This document shows, piece after piece, positions 48,441 through 58,355 of a stretch of 64,000 nt of DNA. A model generated the notes under the pieces. It searched no databases and had not been told where the DNA came from. It saw only the letters and a list, made by a program, of their open reading frames with translations. This stretch comes from an uncultured bacterium (GTDB lineage Bacteria > Patescibacteriota > CPR2 > UBA1875 > CAIMLA01): assembly GCA_903842085.1 (NCBI GenBank), contig CAIMLA010000050.1, forward strand, positions 5,133 through 69,132, written 5' to 3'. Each line of letters opens with the position of its first letter. The stretch's first letter is position 1. A program made the position numbers and the translations under genes.

Positions 48441-49538
48441 TTATTCCATTCTTTTTCTGATAAATGTCGGGATTTCCCAATCTTCGTCGTTTTCTTCTTC
48501 TTTTTCATCCTTTTCTGGCTCTAGACTAGCGACACTTTTTCTGGTCTCAAAGTCAATATGATTATGGGCTTGGATTGGATTATGAACACCTTCAAAGCCA
48601 GTCGCAATGACCGTTATCCTTATTTCTCCACTAATGTTTGGATCTATAACTGCTCCAAAGATGATGTTTGCTTCTGGGTCTACGGCATTGGTGATAACTT
48701 TTGCCGCCTCATCAATTTCATGCATCCCTAGATCAGCTCCACCTGTAACATTGAACAAAACCCCTTTTGCCCCATTAATAGATAATTCCAATAATGGCGA
48801 GTTAATTGCCTGCTTGGCCGCTTCAACAGCTCTATTTTCTCCACTTCCTTTGCCAATCCCCATTAAGGCTGATCCGGCATTTTGCATCACGGTTTTAACG
48901 TCAGCAAAATCGACGTTGATCAAACCACTATCTGTAATCAAATCTGAGATACCTTGGACACCTTGTCGAAGGACATCATCCACGACTTGGAAAGCGTCCA
49001 GCAAAGAAGTTTTTTTATCTACCACTTGGAGTAACCGATCATTTGGAATCGTAATTAAAGCATCTAGCTTATCGCGGAGTTCGTCGGCCCCTTCTTCGGC
49101 GACTCTTTTTCTCTTCTCACCCTCAAAGCCAAAAGGCTTAGTAATCACTCCGACCGTTAAAGCTCCGACTTCTTTTGCAATATTGGCAATAATTGGTCCA
49201 GCCCCTGTTCCTGTTCCACCACCAGCCCCATAAGTGACAAAGACCATATCTGCTCCCTTAAGCGACTCATAAACATTTTCGCTATCTTCTTCTGCAGATT
49301 TCTTGCCGACTTCAGGGTCACTCCCAGCTCCTAGACCTTTTGTTAAGGCCTTCCCGATATGAATTTTTTTGTCTGCCTTTGAGGCATGTAATGCCTGGGC
49401 GTCCGTGTTTACCGCAATAAATTCTACACCCTGCAAACCCGCCTCAATCATACGATTGACAGCGTTGTTACCAGAACCACCCACACCAACTACTTTGATG
49501 CGAGCGAACGTTTCCATACTTGGTTTTATTTCAGCCAC
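48441..49538 (-). CDS. ftsZ: Cell division protein FtsZ
   Basis: GGGTGTG tubulin signature. Acidic C-terminal tail. Confidence 0.95.
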   Translation of the reverse strand: MAEIKPSMETFARIKVVGVGGSGNNAVNRMIEAGLQGVEFIAVNTDAQALHASKADKKIHIGKALTKGLGAGSDPEVGKKSAEEDSENVYESLKGADMVFVTYGAGGGTGTGAGPIIANIAKEVGALTVGVITKPFGFEGEKRKRVAEEGADELRDKLDALITIPNDRLLQVVDKKTSLLDAFQVVDDVLRQGVQGISDLITDSGLINVDFADVKTVMQNAGSALMGIGKGSGENRAVEAAKQAINSPLLELSINGAKGVLFNVTGGADLGMHEIDEAAKVITNAVDPEANIIFGAVIDPNISGEIRITVIATGFEGVHNPIQAHNHIDFETRKSVASLEPEKDEKEEENDEDWEIPTFIRKRME

Positions 49539-49687
49539 TTTAGCCTCCTAATTCAAGCTAATGATGCTAGTTATTTAGTCGCATATAATTGTATATATTT
49601 TTTATTCATATGTAAATAGTTTTCTTATTATTGAACAAATTACTTATTCATATTTGTATATAATAAAGAAATTCGTTTCTGTGATGT

Positions 49688-50920
49688 CTATGGTAAAAAG
49701 ATCTTAACAAATTTCTTAAATTTTCCGGAGATATTTATACTAGGAGAGGTTCCGCCAGTCCCGATATTTTCCTCATAACCATAAAGCATCAACCCGACAG
49801 CAACAGAAAATTGGGGATCATATATTTTTTCTGTTAAGCCTGTTAACGAATGAGGTTTGCCTAAATCGACTGGCAGATTAAAACACTCTTTTGCTAATAA
49901 ATCTATTCCCTGTAATTTCGAGCCGCCGCCAGTGATGATAATGCCGGCCGGGAGTAAAGTATCTTTGTTTATTCGTCTCAGTTCATCTCTAATAATTTTA
50001 AGGATCTCTTCCATCCTGGCTTCACAGATTTCTGAGATGTGACGTTTTGAAAAAACCCCTTCTTCTTTCATATCGATTGAAGATAGATCAATTTTATCTT
50101 TTTCAGGAACTTCTTTGTGAAATGAATGTCCATACTTAATTTTTACTTTTTCGGCCACGTCAATCGAAGTTCTAAGCCCTATTGCAATATCGTTAGTAAT
50201 CGCGTTCGCCCCAATCGGGAAAACTTTTGTGTACAAAATGCTATCTTCTTCAAAAATGACCAAACTCGTTGTTTCAGCGCCAATGTCGATTACAGCACAG
50301 CCTAATTCTTTTTGTCTTTTGTTTAAGACCGCTTTTGCGGCTGCAAGAGGCGTGGCAATTGTATCGTCTGCTTTAATCCCTGTCTGAGTAACACACTTGC
50401 TAAGGTTTTTCAATATTTGTTGAGAAGCGACGACTAAATGGGTTTCTACTTCTAGCCTAATACCCGTCATCCCGATTGGATCTTTTATTCTTTCGTCCGA
50501 GTTATCAATCATAAAAAACCGGGGAATAACATGAATAATATCTTTGTTTGGCGGAATCTGCACGGCCTGCGCCGCGTCCTCGGCTCGCCCAAGATCATTT
50601 TTGGATATCTCTTGGTCTGCCCGACCAACTGCAATCGTCCCTCTCGAGTTCATAGAGCTGATATGACCGCCGTTAAGGTTAATATTGGAGTGATCCAAGG
50701 GAAACCCACAACTTCTCTCAGCAAGCTCGACCGCCTCTGATATTCCGCTCACAGTTTCTTCAATCTCGGTGACAACGCCTTTTCTGATTCCAGTTAACCG
50801 AGAGGTTCCCATTCCGACAATCCTCAGTCCATCTTCTTCATTGTTTGGGACACCAACTACAGCACAAATTTTGCTTGAGCCAATATCCAAACCGACATAG
50901 AATTCTTCTTTTTTTATCAT
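49688..50920 (-). CDS. ftsA: Cell division protein FtsA
   Basis: Actin-like ATPase. Upstream of ftsZ. Confidence 0.85.
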   Translation of the reverse strand: MIKKEEFYVGLDIGSSKICAVVGVPNNEEDGLRIVGMGTSRLTGIRKGVVTEIEETVSGISEAVELAERSCGFPLDHSNINLNGGHISSMNSRGTIAVGRADQEISKNDLGRAEDAAQAVQIPPNKDIIHVIPRFFMIDNSDERIKDPIGMTGIRLEVETHLVVASQQILKNLSKCVTQTGIKADDTIATPLAAAKAVLNKRQKELGCAVIDIGAETTSLVIFEEDSILYTKVFPIGANAITNDIAIGLRTSIDVAEKVKIKYGHSFHKEVPEKDKIDLSSIDMKEEGVFSKRHISEICEARMEEILKIIRDELRRINKDTLLPAGIIITGGGSKLQGIDLLAKECFNLPVDLGKPHSLTGLTEKIYDPQFSVAVGLMLYGYEENIGTGGTSPSINISGKFKKFVKIFLP

Positions 50921-50976
50921 TAATTTTTTCTTTTACGTATTATCATTATAAAATTTTTTCTGCTATGAATTCAAGG

Positions 50977-51732
50977 CTATTCAGGTAATACCGTTAAAAT
51001 TGTCGCATTATTATCATCAATATAGATTGTGTGCTCATAATGCGAGGATAATGAATGATCACAGGTTTTATAAGTCCAGCCATCACTTTCTTGATAGACT
51101 TCATAGTCTCCATTTGTAATCATTGGCTCTATGGCGAGGGTCATTCCTTTCTTAAGGATTGTGCCAGTATTTTTTTGACCAAAGTTTGGAATCAAAGGGT
51201 TCTCATGTAATTCCTTCCCCACGCCATGACCAACAAGAGATCGAACGACACCAAACCCTTTTTGCTCAACATAATGCTGGATTACATACCCAATGTCACC
51301 TATCTTCATCCCTGGACTAATTTGATCGATTGCTAGATAAAGCGCATCTTTAGCGGTCTTGATCAACTTTTGCTTCGCCCAATCATTGTCATCGAAAGTA
51401 AAAGTAAAAGCCGCGTCGACGTGGTAGCCTTCATGAAAGACCCCAAAGTCCAGTGAAATTAAATCCGTACTGGCAATGACAGTTTCATTGGGAATACCAT
51501 GAACAACCTCATCATTTAAAGAAATACAGATCGCGCCAGGATAACCTTGATATCCTAGAAATGAAGGTTTGACCTTGTATTTTAAGCACAATCTTCTTGT
51601 AAGATCATCTAGGTCCCGCGTTGTAATCCCAGGCACAGCCGCCGTCCTGATTTCTGAAAGGATCACGCCTAATATTTGCCCGCCTTCTGTCATAATCTCT
51701 AATTTATCTTTAGGCATTGGCCAAGGCCTCAC
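50977..51732 (-). CDS. map: Methionine aminopeptidase type I
   Basis: Pita-bread fold with metal ligands (D, D, H, E, E pattern: FGVFHEGYHVD ... HGVG ... LAIEPM). Confidence 0.85.
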   Translation of the reverse strand: MRPWPMPKDKLEIMTEGGQILGVILSEIRTAAVPGITTRDLDDLTRRLCLKYKVKPSFLGYQGYPGAICISLNDEVVHGIPNETVIASTDLISLDFGVFHEGYHVDAAFTFTFDDNDWAKQKLIKTAKDALYLAIDQISPGMKIGDIGYVIQHYVEQKGFGVVRSLVGHGVGKELHENPLIPNFGQKNTGTILKKGMTLAIEPMITNGDYEVYQESDGWTYKTCDHSLSSHYEHTIYIDDNNATILTVLPE

Positions 51733-52330
51733 TTATGTCGTTCCCGACCGCTTCGATTGTTTGCTTCCCGTCAATCTCTATTAATTTATTTTTTTCTTGA
51801 TAATATTTGACCAGCGGTAGGGTTTTATCTAAAAAAACTCTCATTCGGTTTCTAATCGTCTCTTCATTATCGTCCCTTCTAATAATTGGGCTGCCACCAC
51901 ATTTTGGACAAATTTCAGTATCAAAGAGTGGTTGTCCACATTGGCCACAAACCTTTCGGATTGAGAGCCTTTTGACCACCTCTTCTTCGTCTAACTCAAT
52001 GTACACTACTCCGCTTAAGCTTCTGTTATGCTCTGATAGAATCTGGTCTAGCTTAGTCGCTTGAGCAACATTTCTCGGGAAACCATCAAAGATCAAACCG
52101 GTTTCCGTCCTTTCTGTCTCTAATCTTTTACTTATCTCATGAAAAAGGATTTCATCACTAATCAACTCCCCCTTTTCCATTTTTTCCCTGTAGTCTTGGT
52201 TTTCTTTAGCCAAATTACGAACTATATCACCACTCGAAACAACTGCGAGTTGGTGTTTTTCTCTTAATCTTTCAATTTGGGTTCCTTTGCCTGATCCGGG
52301 TGGTCCTAAGAAAATTAAATTTTTAGTCAT
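51710..52330 (-). CDS. adk: Adenylate kinase with zinc lid
   Basis: GPPGSGKGTQ P-loop. Lid CGQCGQ...CPKCGG. Confidence 0.9.
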   Translation of the reverse strand: MTKNLIFLGPPGSGKGTQIERLREKHQLAVVSSGDIVRNLAKENQDYREKMEKGELISDEILFHEISKRLETERTETGLIFDGFPRNVAQATKLDQILSEHNRSLSGVVYIELDEEEVVKRLSIRKVCGQCGQPLFDTEICPKCGGSPIIRRDDNEETIRNRMRVFLDKTLPLVKYYQEKNKLIEIDGKQTIEAVGNDISEALANA

Positions 52331-52730
52331 TTTCCCCCTTTTTTATGATCGTCTCAACTTCTGTCATTTTTTTCAGATCTTTTTCGTTCTCGTGATCATG
52401 GCCTAACAAATGAGCTAGCCCATGGATAAATAAGCTTTGTATCTCATCGTTTACGTCAATATTACTCTGCTTAGCTTGTTCCTCGGCTCTATTATAACAA
52501 ATAAATATCTGCCCGATAAATGGTTTGTTTTCTATCTTAAAGCTTAAAACATCCGTAATACTATCGATTTTTCTATATTTAAGGTTTAGTTCTCGAATCT
52601 CAATTTCATCTACAAAGACAAGCTCAATTTGTGATTCCTTAGCTAAGTATTTTGAAAAAGCCGCTTTAGCTGCTTCTTTCAGCCTAGACTTATCGACAAC
52701 ATAGTTTTTTGTAAATATCTCAAAATTCAT
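52323..52730 (-). CDS. ybeY: Endoribonuclease YbeY
   Basis: HGLAHLLGHDH metal-binding motif. Confidence 0.85.
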   Translation of the reverse strand: MNFEIFTKNYVVDKSRLKEAAKAAFSKYLAKESQIELVFVDEIEIRELNLKYRKIDSITDVLSFKIENKPFIGQIFICYNRAEEQAKQSNIDVNDEIQSLFIHGLAHLLGHDHENEKDLKKMTEVETIIKKGEND

Positions 52731-53170
52731 ACCAATTTTAATTTGACTAGTTCGGAAACAGTTTTTCCATCGGCTTGATTTTTTGTAATAGTCATGACTT
52801 CTTTGATCACCTTTCCCATCTCCGCGCTTGAAGTCACCCCTAGACTAGTTATCGCCTCATCAATGATCGTCCCGATCTCTTCAGCCGAGAGCTTCTCTGG
52901 TAAATATTCTTCGATGATTATTAGCTCTTTTTCCTCTGTTTTTGCTAAATCTTCTCTGTTGCCAGCCCTATATTGAATTATTGAGTCTCGTCTCTGTTTG
53001 GCTTGTTTTTCTAAAATTTTAAGAAGGTCTTCATTAGAGACTTCCTGGCCAGTCTTTATTTCTTGATTTTTTAAAGAACTTTTTATCATCCTTAATAAAG
53101 AAACTCTAAAATCATCTCTTTCTTTGAGAGCGTTGATATAATCATTTTCAATTTGATCCTTTAGAGCCAC
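52727..53170 (-). CDS. GatB/YqeY domain protein
   Basis: 147 aa. YqeY-like helical domain pattern. Confidence 0.7.
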   Translation of the reverse strand: MALKDQIENDYINALKERDDFRVSLLRMIKSSLKNQEIKTGQEVSNEDLLKILEKQAKQRRDSIIQYRAGNREDLAKTEEKELIIIEEYLPEKLSAEEIGTIIDEAITSLGVTSSAEMGKVIKEVMTITKNQADGKTVSELVKLKLV

Positions 53171-53382
53171 TAAAATCCTTTTATAAGTTGTTGTCGAATC
53201 TTGTTCTCTTTACGAGCTTTCTTCCTTATCGCTATTTCTCTGGCTTCGGTTTTTGAGAGTTCTTTCTCAAAATACATCTTTTTTCGAGCCAAAGACAAAG
53301 TACCGCTTTGCTGCACCTTCCGATTAAAGCGTCTGACTAGACTTTCAAATGGTTCACCGTCTTTTCTATTGACTGATTGCAA
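53170..53382 (-). CDS. rpsU: 30S ribosomal protein S21
   Basis: 70 aa, basic, S21 family pattern (VRRFNRKVQQSG...). Confidence 0.85.
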   Translation of the reverse strand: MQSVNRKDGEPFESLVRRFNRKVQQSGTLSLARKKMYFEKELSKTEAREIAIRKKARKENKIRQQLIKGF

Positions 53383-53448
53383 TTAATTCACCTCCTTAGT
53401 AGAATTTTTGCTTTTTTATTATATAAAATATTTATCTTTTGGTAAAGC

Positions 53449-53904
53449 CTAATTTTTAGCATTTCGGATTTTTTTGGCAATTCGCTTCAACTCATCTTCG
53501 CTTTTTTCTGGTCCTAGCTGAGTAGATATATAACCTAAATATTCTTTATAATAAACAACTTCCTTTGACCAATTTTCAGTATATTTCTTTTCTAGACCCC
53601 ACAATGGGTACAACTTTAGGTGGACGTGGTTAACGCCCATCCCTTCCATCACGAGAGCGACTCTTTTTACCAATAGCCCTTGCTCGATTTTTTTTGCAAC
53701 TTTTTTTCCCGCTTTTACCAATTCACCCATTTCCTGATCATCCAGATCGAACATATATGAAGGAAAATGTTTTTTTGGGATAACGACCGTCATACCTTCA
53801 GTGTTGGGAAATATATCTAAGAAGGCCATAAAGTCTTTGTCTTCCCAAACCTGATGCGAAGGGATCCGGCCATTTGCAATCTCACAGAATAAACAACGTG
53901 CCAT
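53449..53904 (-). CDS. HIT-family hydrolase
   Basis: Histidine triad HVHLKL. N-terminal CLFC. Confidence 0.8.
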   Translation of the reverse strand: MARCLFCEIANGRIPSHQVWEDKDFMAFLDIFPNTEGMTVVIPKKHFPSYMFDLDDQEMGELVKAGKKVAKKIEQGLLVKRVALVMEGMGVNHVHLKLYPLWGLEKKYTENWSKEVVYYKEYLGYISTQLGPEKSEDELKRIAKKIRNAKN

Positions 53905-53944
53905 ATCGACTCCTTATGCTTTATATTATAGCACCATTTTATTA

Positions 53945-54025
53945 TTGACAATGATTCTTTCGTGCTTTATAATCCCTTCTTGAGTATAAAATATTATTGA
54001 CAATTATAGTGTTTTATGCTATTAT
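53945..54025 (+). promoter_or_regulatory. Two tandem near-consensus sigma70-type promoters upstream of the lytic transglycosylase gene
   Basis: TTGACA(53945-53950)-17 nt-TATAAT(53968-53973). TTGACA(53997-54002)-17 nt-TATTAT(54020-54025). The repeated unit ATTATTGACAAT suggests a local duplication. Confidence 0.45.
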
Positions 54026-54057
54026 TAATTTATTCCCATTGTTATGGGAATTTTTAG

Positions 54058-54813
54058 TTGGCTTTAATTAGCAAACTTGGGGGAAGAAAGGAGTGTTTGT
54101 TCAATCAAATGGGCAAAAACTTAATCTCAGCTATGCTACTTGCTTTCATGGCTGTTAAAAACCCTATGGGGTTACCAGAGGTTAAAATAGCGCAAGCTGA
54201 ACCTCAAAATAATCAAGCAAGCGCCGTCAGCGAGGTGGATATCGCTCAATCGATTAACAACCTAAACGTCGTTAATCGAGAAGAAACATCAATAGAAAAA
54301 GCTCAAAAAGAACTAGAAGGCTATCAAAAAGCTTTAGCCGAAGAAAAGAAAGCAGTAGAAGCCAAAATAAAAGCCGATGAGGAAGCACGACAAGCAGCCC
54401 AGGCATCATATCAAAATTCAATCCAGAGAGTTGCAGTCACAACCTCAGGTGGGTTTGATAGCATCTATGCTGAGGCTGAGAAGATATATGGTGTACCCAG
54501 ACAGATTATCGCTGCCGTCCACTATGTTGAGACAGGTCAGAGAGGCGATACAACTATTGCTAGTTATGCTGGGGCCCAAGGTCCGATGCAGTTTATGCCA
54601 AGCACCTTTAGTGCTTATGCTCAAGATGGAGATGGCGACGGCGTTGCCTTAATAAACGACGTTCACGATGCTATCTACACTGGGGCAAAATATCTGGCTG
54701 CAAACGGAGCCGCATCTGGTAATGTTAGTGGCGCGCTTTATCGCTATAATCACAGTTATAGTTATGTAGAGCAAGTCCTAGCAATCGCTCGATCTTTCGG
54801 TTACTCTGGCTAA
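54058..54813 (+). CDS. Lytic transglycosylase (SLT/MltB-like domain) with signal peptide and coiled-coil linker
   Basis: C-terminal domain with the GPMQFMPSTF motif typical of SLT family 3. The likely true start is the internal Met at ~54106 (MGKNLISAMLLAF signal). Confidence 0.65.
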   Translation: MALISKLGGRKECLFNQMGKNLISAMLLAFMAVKNPMGLPEVKIAQAEPQNNQASAVSEVDIAQSINNLNVVNREETSIEKAQKELEGYQKALAEEKKAVEAKIKADEEARQAAQASYQNSIQRVAVTTSGGFDSIYAEAEKIYGVPRQIIAAVHYVETGQRGDTTIASYAGAQGPMQFMPSTFSAYAQDGDGDGVALINDVHDAIYTGAKYLAANGAASGNVSGALYRYNHSYSYVEQVLAIARSFGYSG

Positions 54814-54860
54814 ATCAACACACAAATATAAGCAAAAAGCCCTCACTGAGTGGGGGCTTT

Positions 54861-56132
54861 TTATTTTAGTTTCTTTTTCACTTCTTGGATTATTTTCTCG
54901 TGTGGGTATATTTCTTGATTCCCTGAGTCCATCTCCTTTATGATCACTGTTTCGTCAAAGGCTTCTTTCTGGCCAATGATCAAGGTTAATTTTGTTTTTA
55001 GTTTGTTGGCCATACTTAATTGTTCAGAAATACTTCCTTTATCTAAGCACCCTTCTGCTCTAATACCTTGATCCCAAAGCCCATTCAATAATTTCAGACA
55101 ACTTTTTCTTGCCTCTTCACCAATTTGAGCAACAAAAACATCAGCCGCACTCTCTTGGTTAATTACAATCTCTGGATGTTTCTTTAACTCCTCGACGATT
55201 CTATCTACTCCAGACGAAAAGCCCAGTGCTGGGGTTGGCTTGCCCCCCAAGATTTCGACTAGACGATCATATCTTCCGCCTCCACCGAGGGCGTAGCCGT
55301 CTGTTTGTGTCCAAAACTCATATACAGTTCTTGTGTAATAGTCAAAACCTCTAACTAATCTTGGATTTATCTCATAGTTAGTCCCGATCTCGTCAAGAAG
55401 CTCTAAGGTTTCTTTAAAATGTTTGTGGCAATCATCACATAAAAAATTTATCGATTGAGGCGCTTCTTCGATCAGGGGCTGACACTTCGCCTCTTTACAA
55501 TCTAAAAGCCTAAGTGGATTTGTTTCATATCGTCTCTTGCAGTCAACGCAGACTTTTTTTAAGTTTAAACCGTAATACTCTTTAAGCTCTTTTAAATATT
55601 TAGGTCTACAGTTTTGACAACCGATACTATTCAACTGAACGTTTACTTGATCGATTAAACCTAATTTTTTAAAGATACGACTTGCGGTTGATATTATGGC
55701 GACATCGGCAATTGGATCTTTATCACCAATCATTTCAAATCCAAATTGCCAGTGCTCTCGATATCGGCCAGCTTGTGGCCTTTCATAACGGTACATGGGC
55801 ATATAATAATATAATTTTACGGGCTGGGGCCAGGACTGCATGCCGTCCTCTAGATAAGCTCGAACGACCGGGGCGGTCCCTTCTGGACGAAGAGTCAATG
55901 AGTTGCCAGATTTATCATTAAAAGTGTACATCTCTTTTTCAACAACATCAGTCCCCTTGCCAACGCCCCTAACAAAAAGATTCGTATCCTCAAAGGCCGG
56001 TGTGTACAATTTTCTGAAACCAGCCGAATTAACCACCGATTCGAATATTTTTTCTATGTAACTAAAATAAACCTGCTCGTCTGGCAGGATATCCCTTGTT
56101 CCTCTTGGGGCTTGATTGATTTTCTTTGACAT
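54861..56132 (-). CDS. hisS: Histidyl-tRNA synthetase with a Cys-rich insertion
   Basis: Class II motifs (RGTRD, motif 2 FRYE-like YRYERPQAGR, motif 3 GGGRYD). C-terminal anticodon-binding domain. Confidence 0.9.
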   Translation of the reverse strand: MSKKINQAPRGTRDILPDEQVYFSYIEKIFESVVNSAGFRKLYTPAFEDTNLFVRGVGKGTDVVEKEMYTFNDKSGNSLTLRPEGTAPVVRAYLEDGMQSWPQPVKLYYYMPMYRYERPQAGRYREHWQFGFEMIGDKDPIADVAIISTASRIFKKLGLIDQVNVQLNSIGCQNCRPKYLKELKEYYGLNLKKVCVDCKRRYETNPLRLLDCKEAKCQPLIEEAPQSINFLCDDCHKHFKETLELLDEIGTNYEINPRLVRGFDYYTRTVYEFWTQTDGYALGGGGRYDRLVEILGGKPTPALGFSSGVDRIVEELKKHPEIVINQESAADVFVAQIGEEARKSCLKLLNGLWDQGIRAEGCLDKGSISEQLSMANKLKTKLTLIIGQKEAFDETVIIKEMDSGNQEIYPHEKIIQEVKKKLK

Positions 56133-56174
56133 TACCTATTAGTTTTAGCACACCGTCTTTTTATCTGCAAGTAA

Positions 56175-58355
56175 TTATTTCTTTCTGACTGACTGGACCC
56201 CTTCTATCCTTCCAATTTTTGGCAAGAGCTCTGTTAAAATATCGGGGTTTTCAATACTGAAAGAAAGGTCAATAAAACTAACATTTTTTTCCGAATTATA
56301 GGCCTTCAAATCTTCAATCACGATGTTTTCTCGTGCAATGAGTGCTGCAATATCTCGAACCAGACCGACTCTGTTTTTCCCTAATATCTCAACCCTTGTT
56401 CTTAGTTTAGACGGTATATCAAAGTCGATCTCGACTATTCTGTCTTGAGAACTAGTTAAGAGACTATGACAGTTTGATTTATGAATCGTTACCCCTTGTC
56501 CTTGGGTGATATAACCTTTTACTTTATCGCCTTTTTTGGGCTTGCAACATTCTCCATACCGGACCAATATGCCTGATAAATTTAGTCTTTTCTCTTCTGG
56601 TTCAACCGTCTTGGTTTGATTTTTTGTTTCTTTTTTAGCCTCAAGCTCATCATAAAGTCTCTGTCCTACAATTTTTCTTATAATTTGCTTGGCCGTGATC
56701 GTTCCATCGCCAATTGCTGATAAAAGATCGTCCCAACTCCTCCAATTTGTCTCATCAAGGATTTTTTTCTTTACTTCTTCGCTAATGTCTCCCCCGTCTA
56801 GACTGAATACTCTAAGATCAGAAAGTAGTATTTTACTGCCCTGCTCTATATTTTCCTCTCGATTGGATTGACGATACCAATTCTTGATCCGCTGTTTGGC
56901 TTTTGCCGTTTTTACATGTTCCAACCAATCACGTGCTGGTCCCGTCTTGTCATTCTTGGGAGCCAAGACTATCTCTACGACATCTCTATTATTGAGCTGA
57001 TAGTTAAGATTGACAATTTTTCCATTTACCTTTGCGCCTCGGCATCTATTGCCAACGGCTGAATGAAGTTCATAAGCAAAGTCTATCGGGGTTGCCCCTT
57101 CGGGCAAATCAAAGATATTCCCCTTTGGACTAAAGACAAAAATCCTATCATTAAAAAGATCAATTTGAAGCTCTTCCGCTAAGTTTGTGTTAATTGAGAC
57201 ATTTTTTTGCCAGTTCGCCAGTTTATTTACCCACCCTAGTTTTTCTTGTGGAGCAAAAGAGCTTACTCCTTTTTTGTAAACATTAAGCTTGCTTTCGTTA
57301 TAGTGCCAATGTGCGGCGATGCCATTTTCAGCTTCTTCGTGCATTTTTATTGTCCTAATTTGGATCTCAGTAATTTTTCCCTTTATGCCAAAAACTGTTG
57401 TGTGTAGGGACTGATATCCATTTGGCTTCGGCACGGCGATATAATCTTTAATCAAATATATCATCGGTTTGAACCGAGCGTGAATAATCCCCATCGCCTT
57501 ATAGCATTCCTCAATATTGTTAACAACCACTCTAATCGCTAATAAATCGTAGATCTTACTAAAATCATTATTGACCTTATTTAGTTTTTTATAGATAGAA
57601 TAGAGGTGCTTAACTCGACCATCGATTTTTGCCTTTATGGCTTCTTCTTCAAGATCATTTGTGATTATTCTGTTAATATGAGCTAGATAATTCTTCCGTT
57701 CCCTTTCATTTTTTGTCACCAACCCTTCAATAATCTTAAAATCTTCCGGGTTTGAAAATCGAAAGGCCAGATCCTCAAGTTCTGCTTTTATTTGGCCCAT
57801 ACTAAGCCTATCCGCCAAGGGGGCAAATATTTCTAAAGTCTCTCTTGAAATACGTTTTTGGTCGGCGATGGCCAAGAAATTAAGCGTTCTCATGTTGTGG
57901 AGTCGATCCGCGAGTTTTATAATCACCACTCGGACATCTTTTGCCATCGCCAGAAAAAATCGCCTTAAGTTCTCAATTTCGTGTTGAAATTTTATTTCTT
58001 GGATATTTTGATCAGGTAATTTTGAAAAGTCAATTTCACCCAGGATAGTGACGCCTTCAACTAAATCCTTTATTTTGCTACCAAAAAGTTTTTCTATTTC
58101 TTCTGGAGTGACGTCGCTGTCTTCGATTGTATCATGCAATAAAGCGGCGGCGATTGTGGTCTCGTCCAGTCCCATTTCCGCTAAAATCCCCGCCACGGCC
58201 AATGGATGGGTGATATAGTCATCACCGGACAGTCTTTTTTGATTTGCGTGCTTTTCTTTAGCAAACTCATAAGAGCTGATGATCAAATCTCGATCAAAAT
58301 CATTCTTATCTTTTTGGACTATCTCGATAACTTTTTCGATATCAATTTTGTACAA
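56175..58355 (-). CDS. rel: Bifunctional (p)ppGpp synthetase/hydrolase Rel
   Basis: HD domain (HDTIED), synthetase domain, TGS and ACT domains. Confidence 0.9.
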   Translation of the reverse strand: MYKIDIEKVIEIVQKDKNDFDRDLIISSYEFAKEKHANQKRLSGDDYITHPLAVAGILAEMGLDETTIAAALLHDTIEDSDVTPEEIEKLFGSKIKDLVEGVTILGEIDFSKLPDQNIQEIKFQHEIENLRRFFLAMAKDVRVVIIKLADRLHNMRTLNFLAIADQKRISRETLEIFAPLADRLSMGQIKAELEDLAFRFSNPEDFKIIEGLVTKNERERKNYLAHINRIITNDLEEEAIKAKIDGRVKHLYSIYKKLNKVNNDFSKIYDLLAIRVVVNNIEECYKAMGIIHARFKPMIYLIKDYIAVPKPNGYQSLHTTVFGIKGKITEIQIRTIKMHEEAENGIAAHWHYNESKLNVYKKGVSSFAPQEKLGWVNKLANWQKNVSINTNLAEELQIDLFNDRIFVFSPKGNIFDLPEGATPIDFAYELHSAVGNRCRGAKVNGKIVNLNYQLNNRDVVEIVLAPKNDKTGPARDWLEHVKTAKAKQRIKNWYRQSNREENIEQGSKILLSDLRVFSLDGGDISEEVKKKILDETNWRSWDDLLSAIGDGTITAKQIIRKIVGQRLYDELEAKKETKNQTKTVEPEEKRLNLSGILVRYGECCKPKKGDKVKGYITQGQGVTIHKSNCHSLLTSSQDRIVEIDFDIPSKLRTRVEILGKNRVGLVRDIAALIARENIVIEDLKAYNSEKNVSFIDLSFSIENPDILTELLPKIGRIEGVQSVRKK

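Noticed and set aside
48607-49233. 208-aa ORF on the plus strand.
   Set aside because: It is antisense to ftsZ, and its composition (Ala/Pro/Ser-rich) is typical of a GC-skewed shadow frame.
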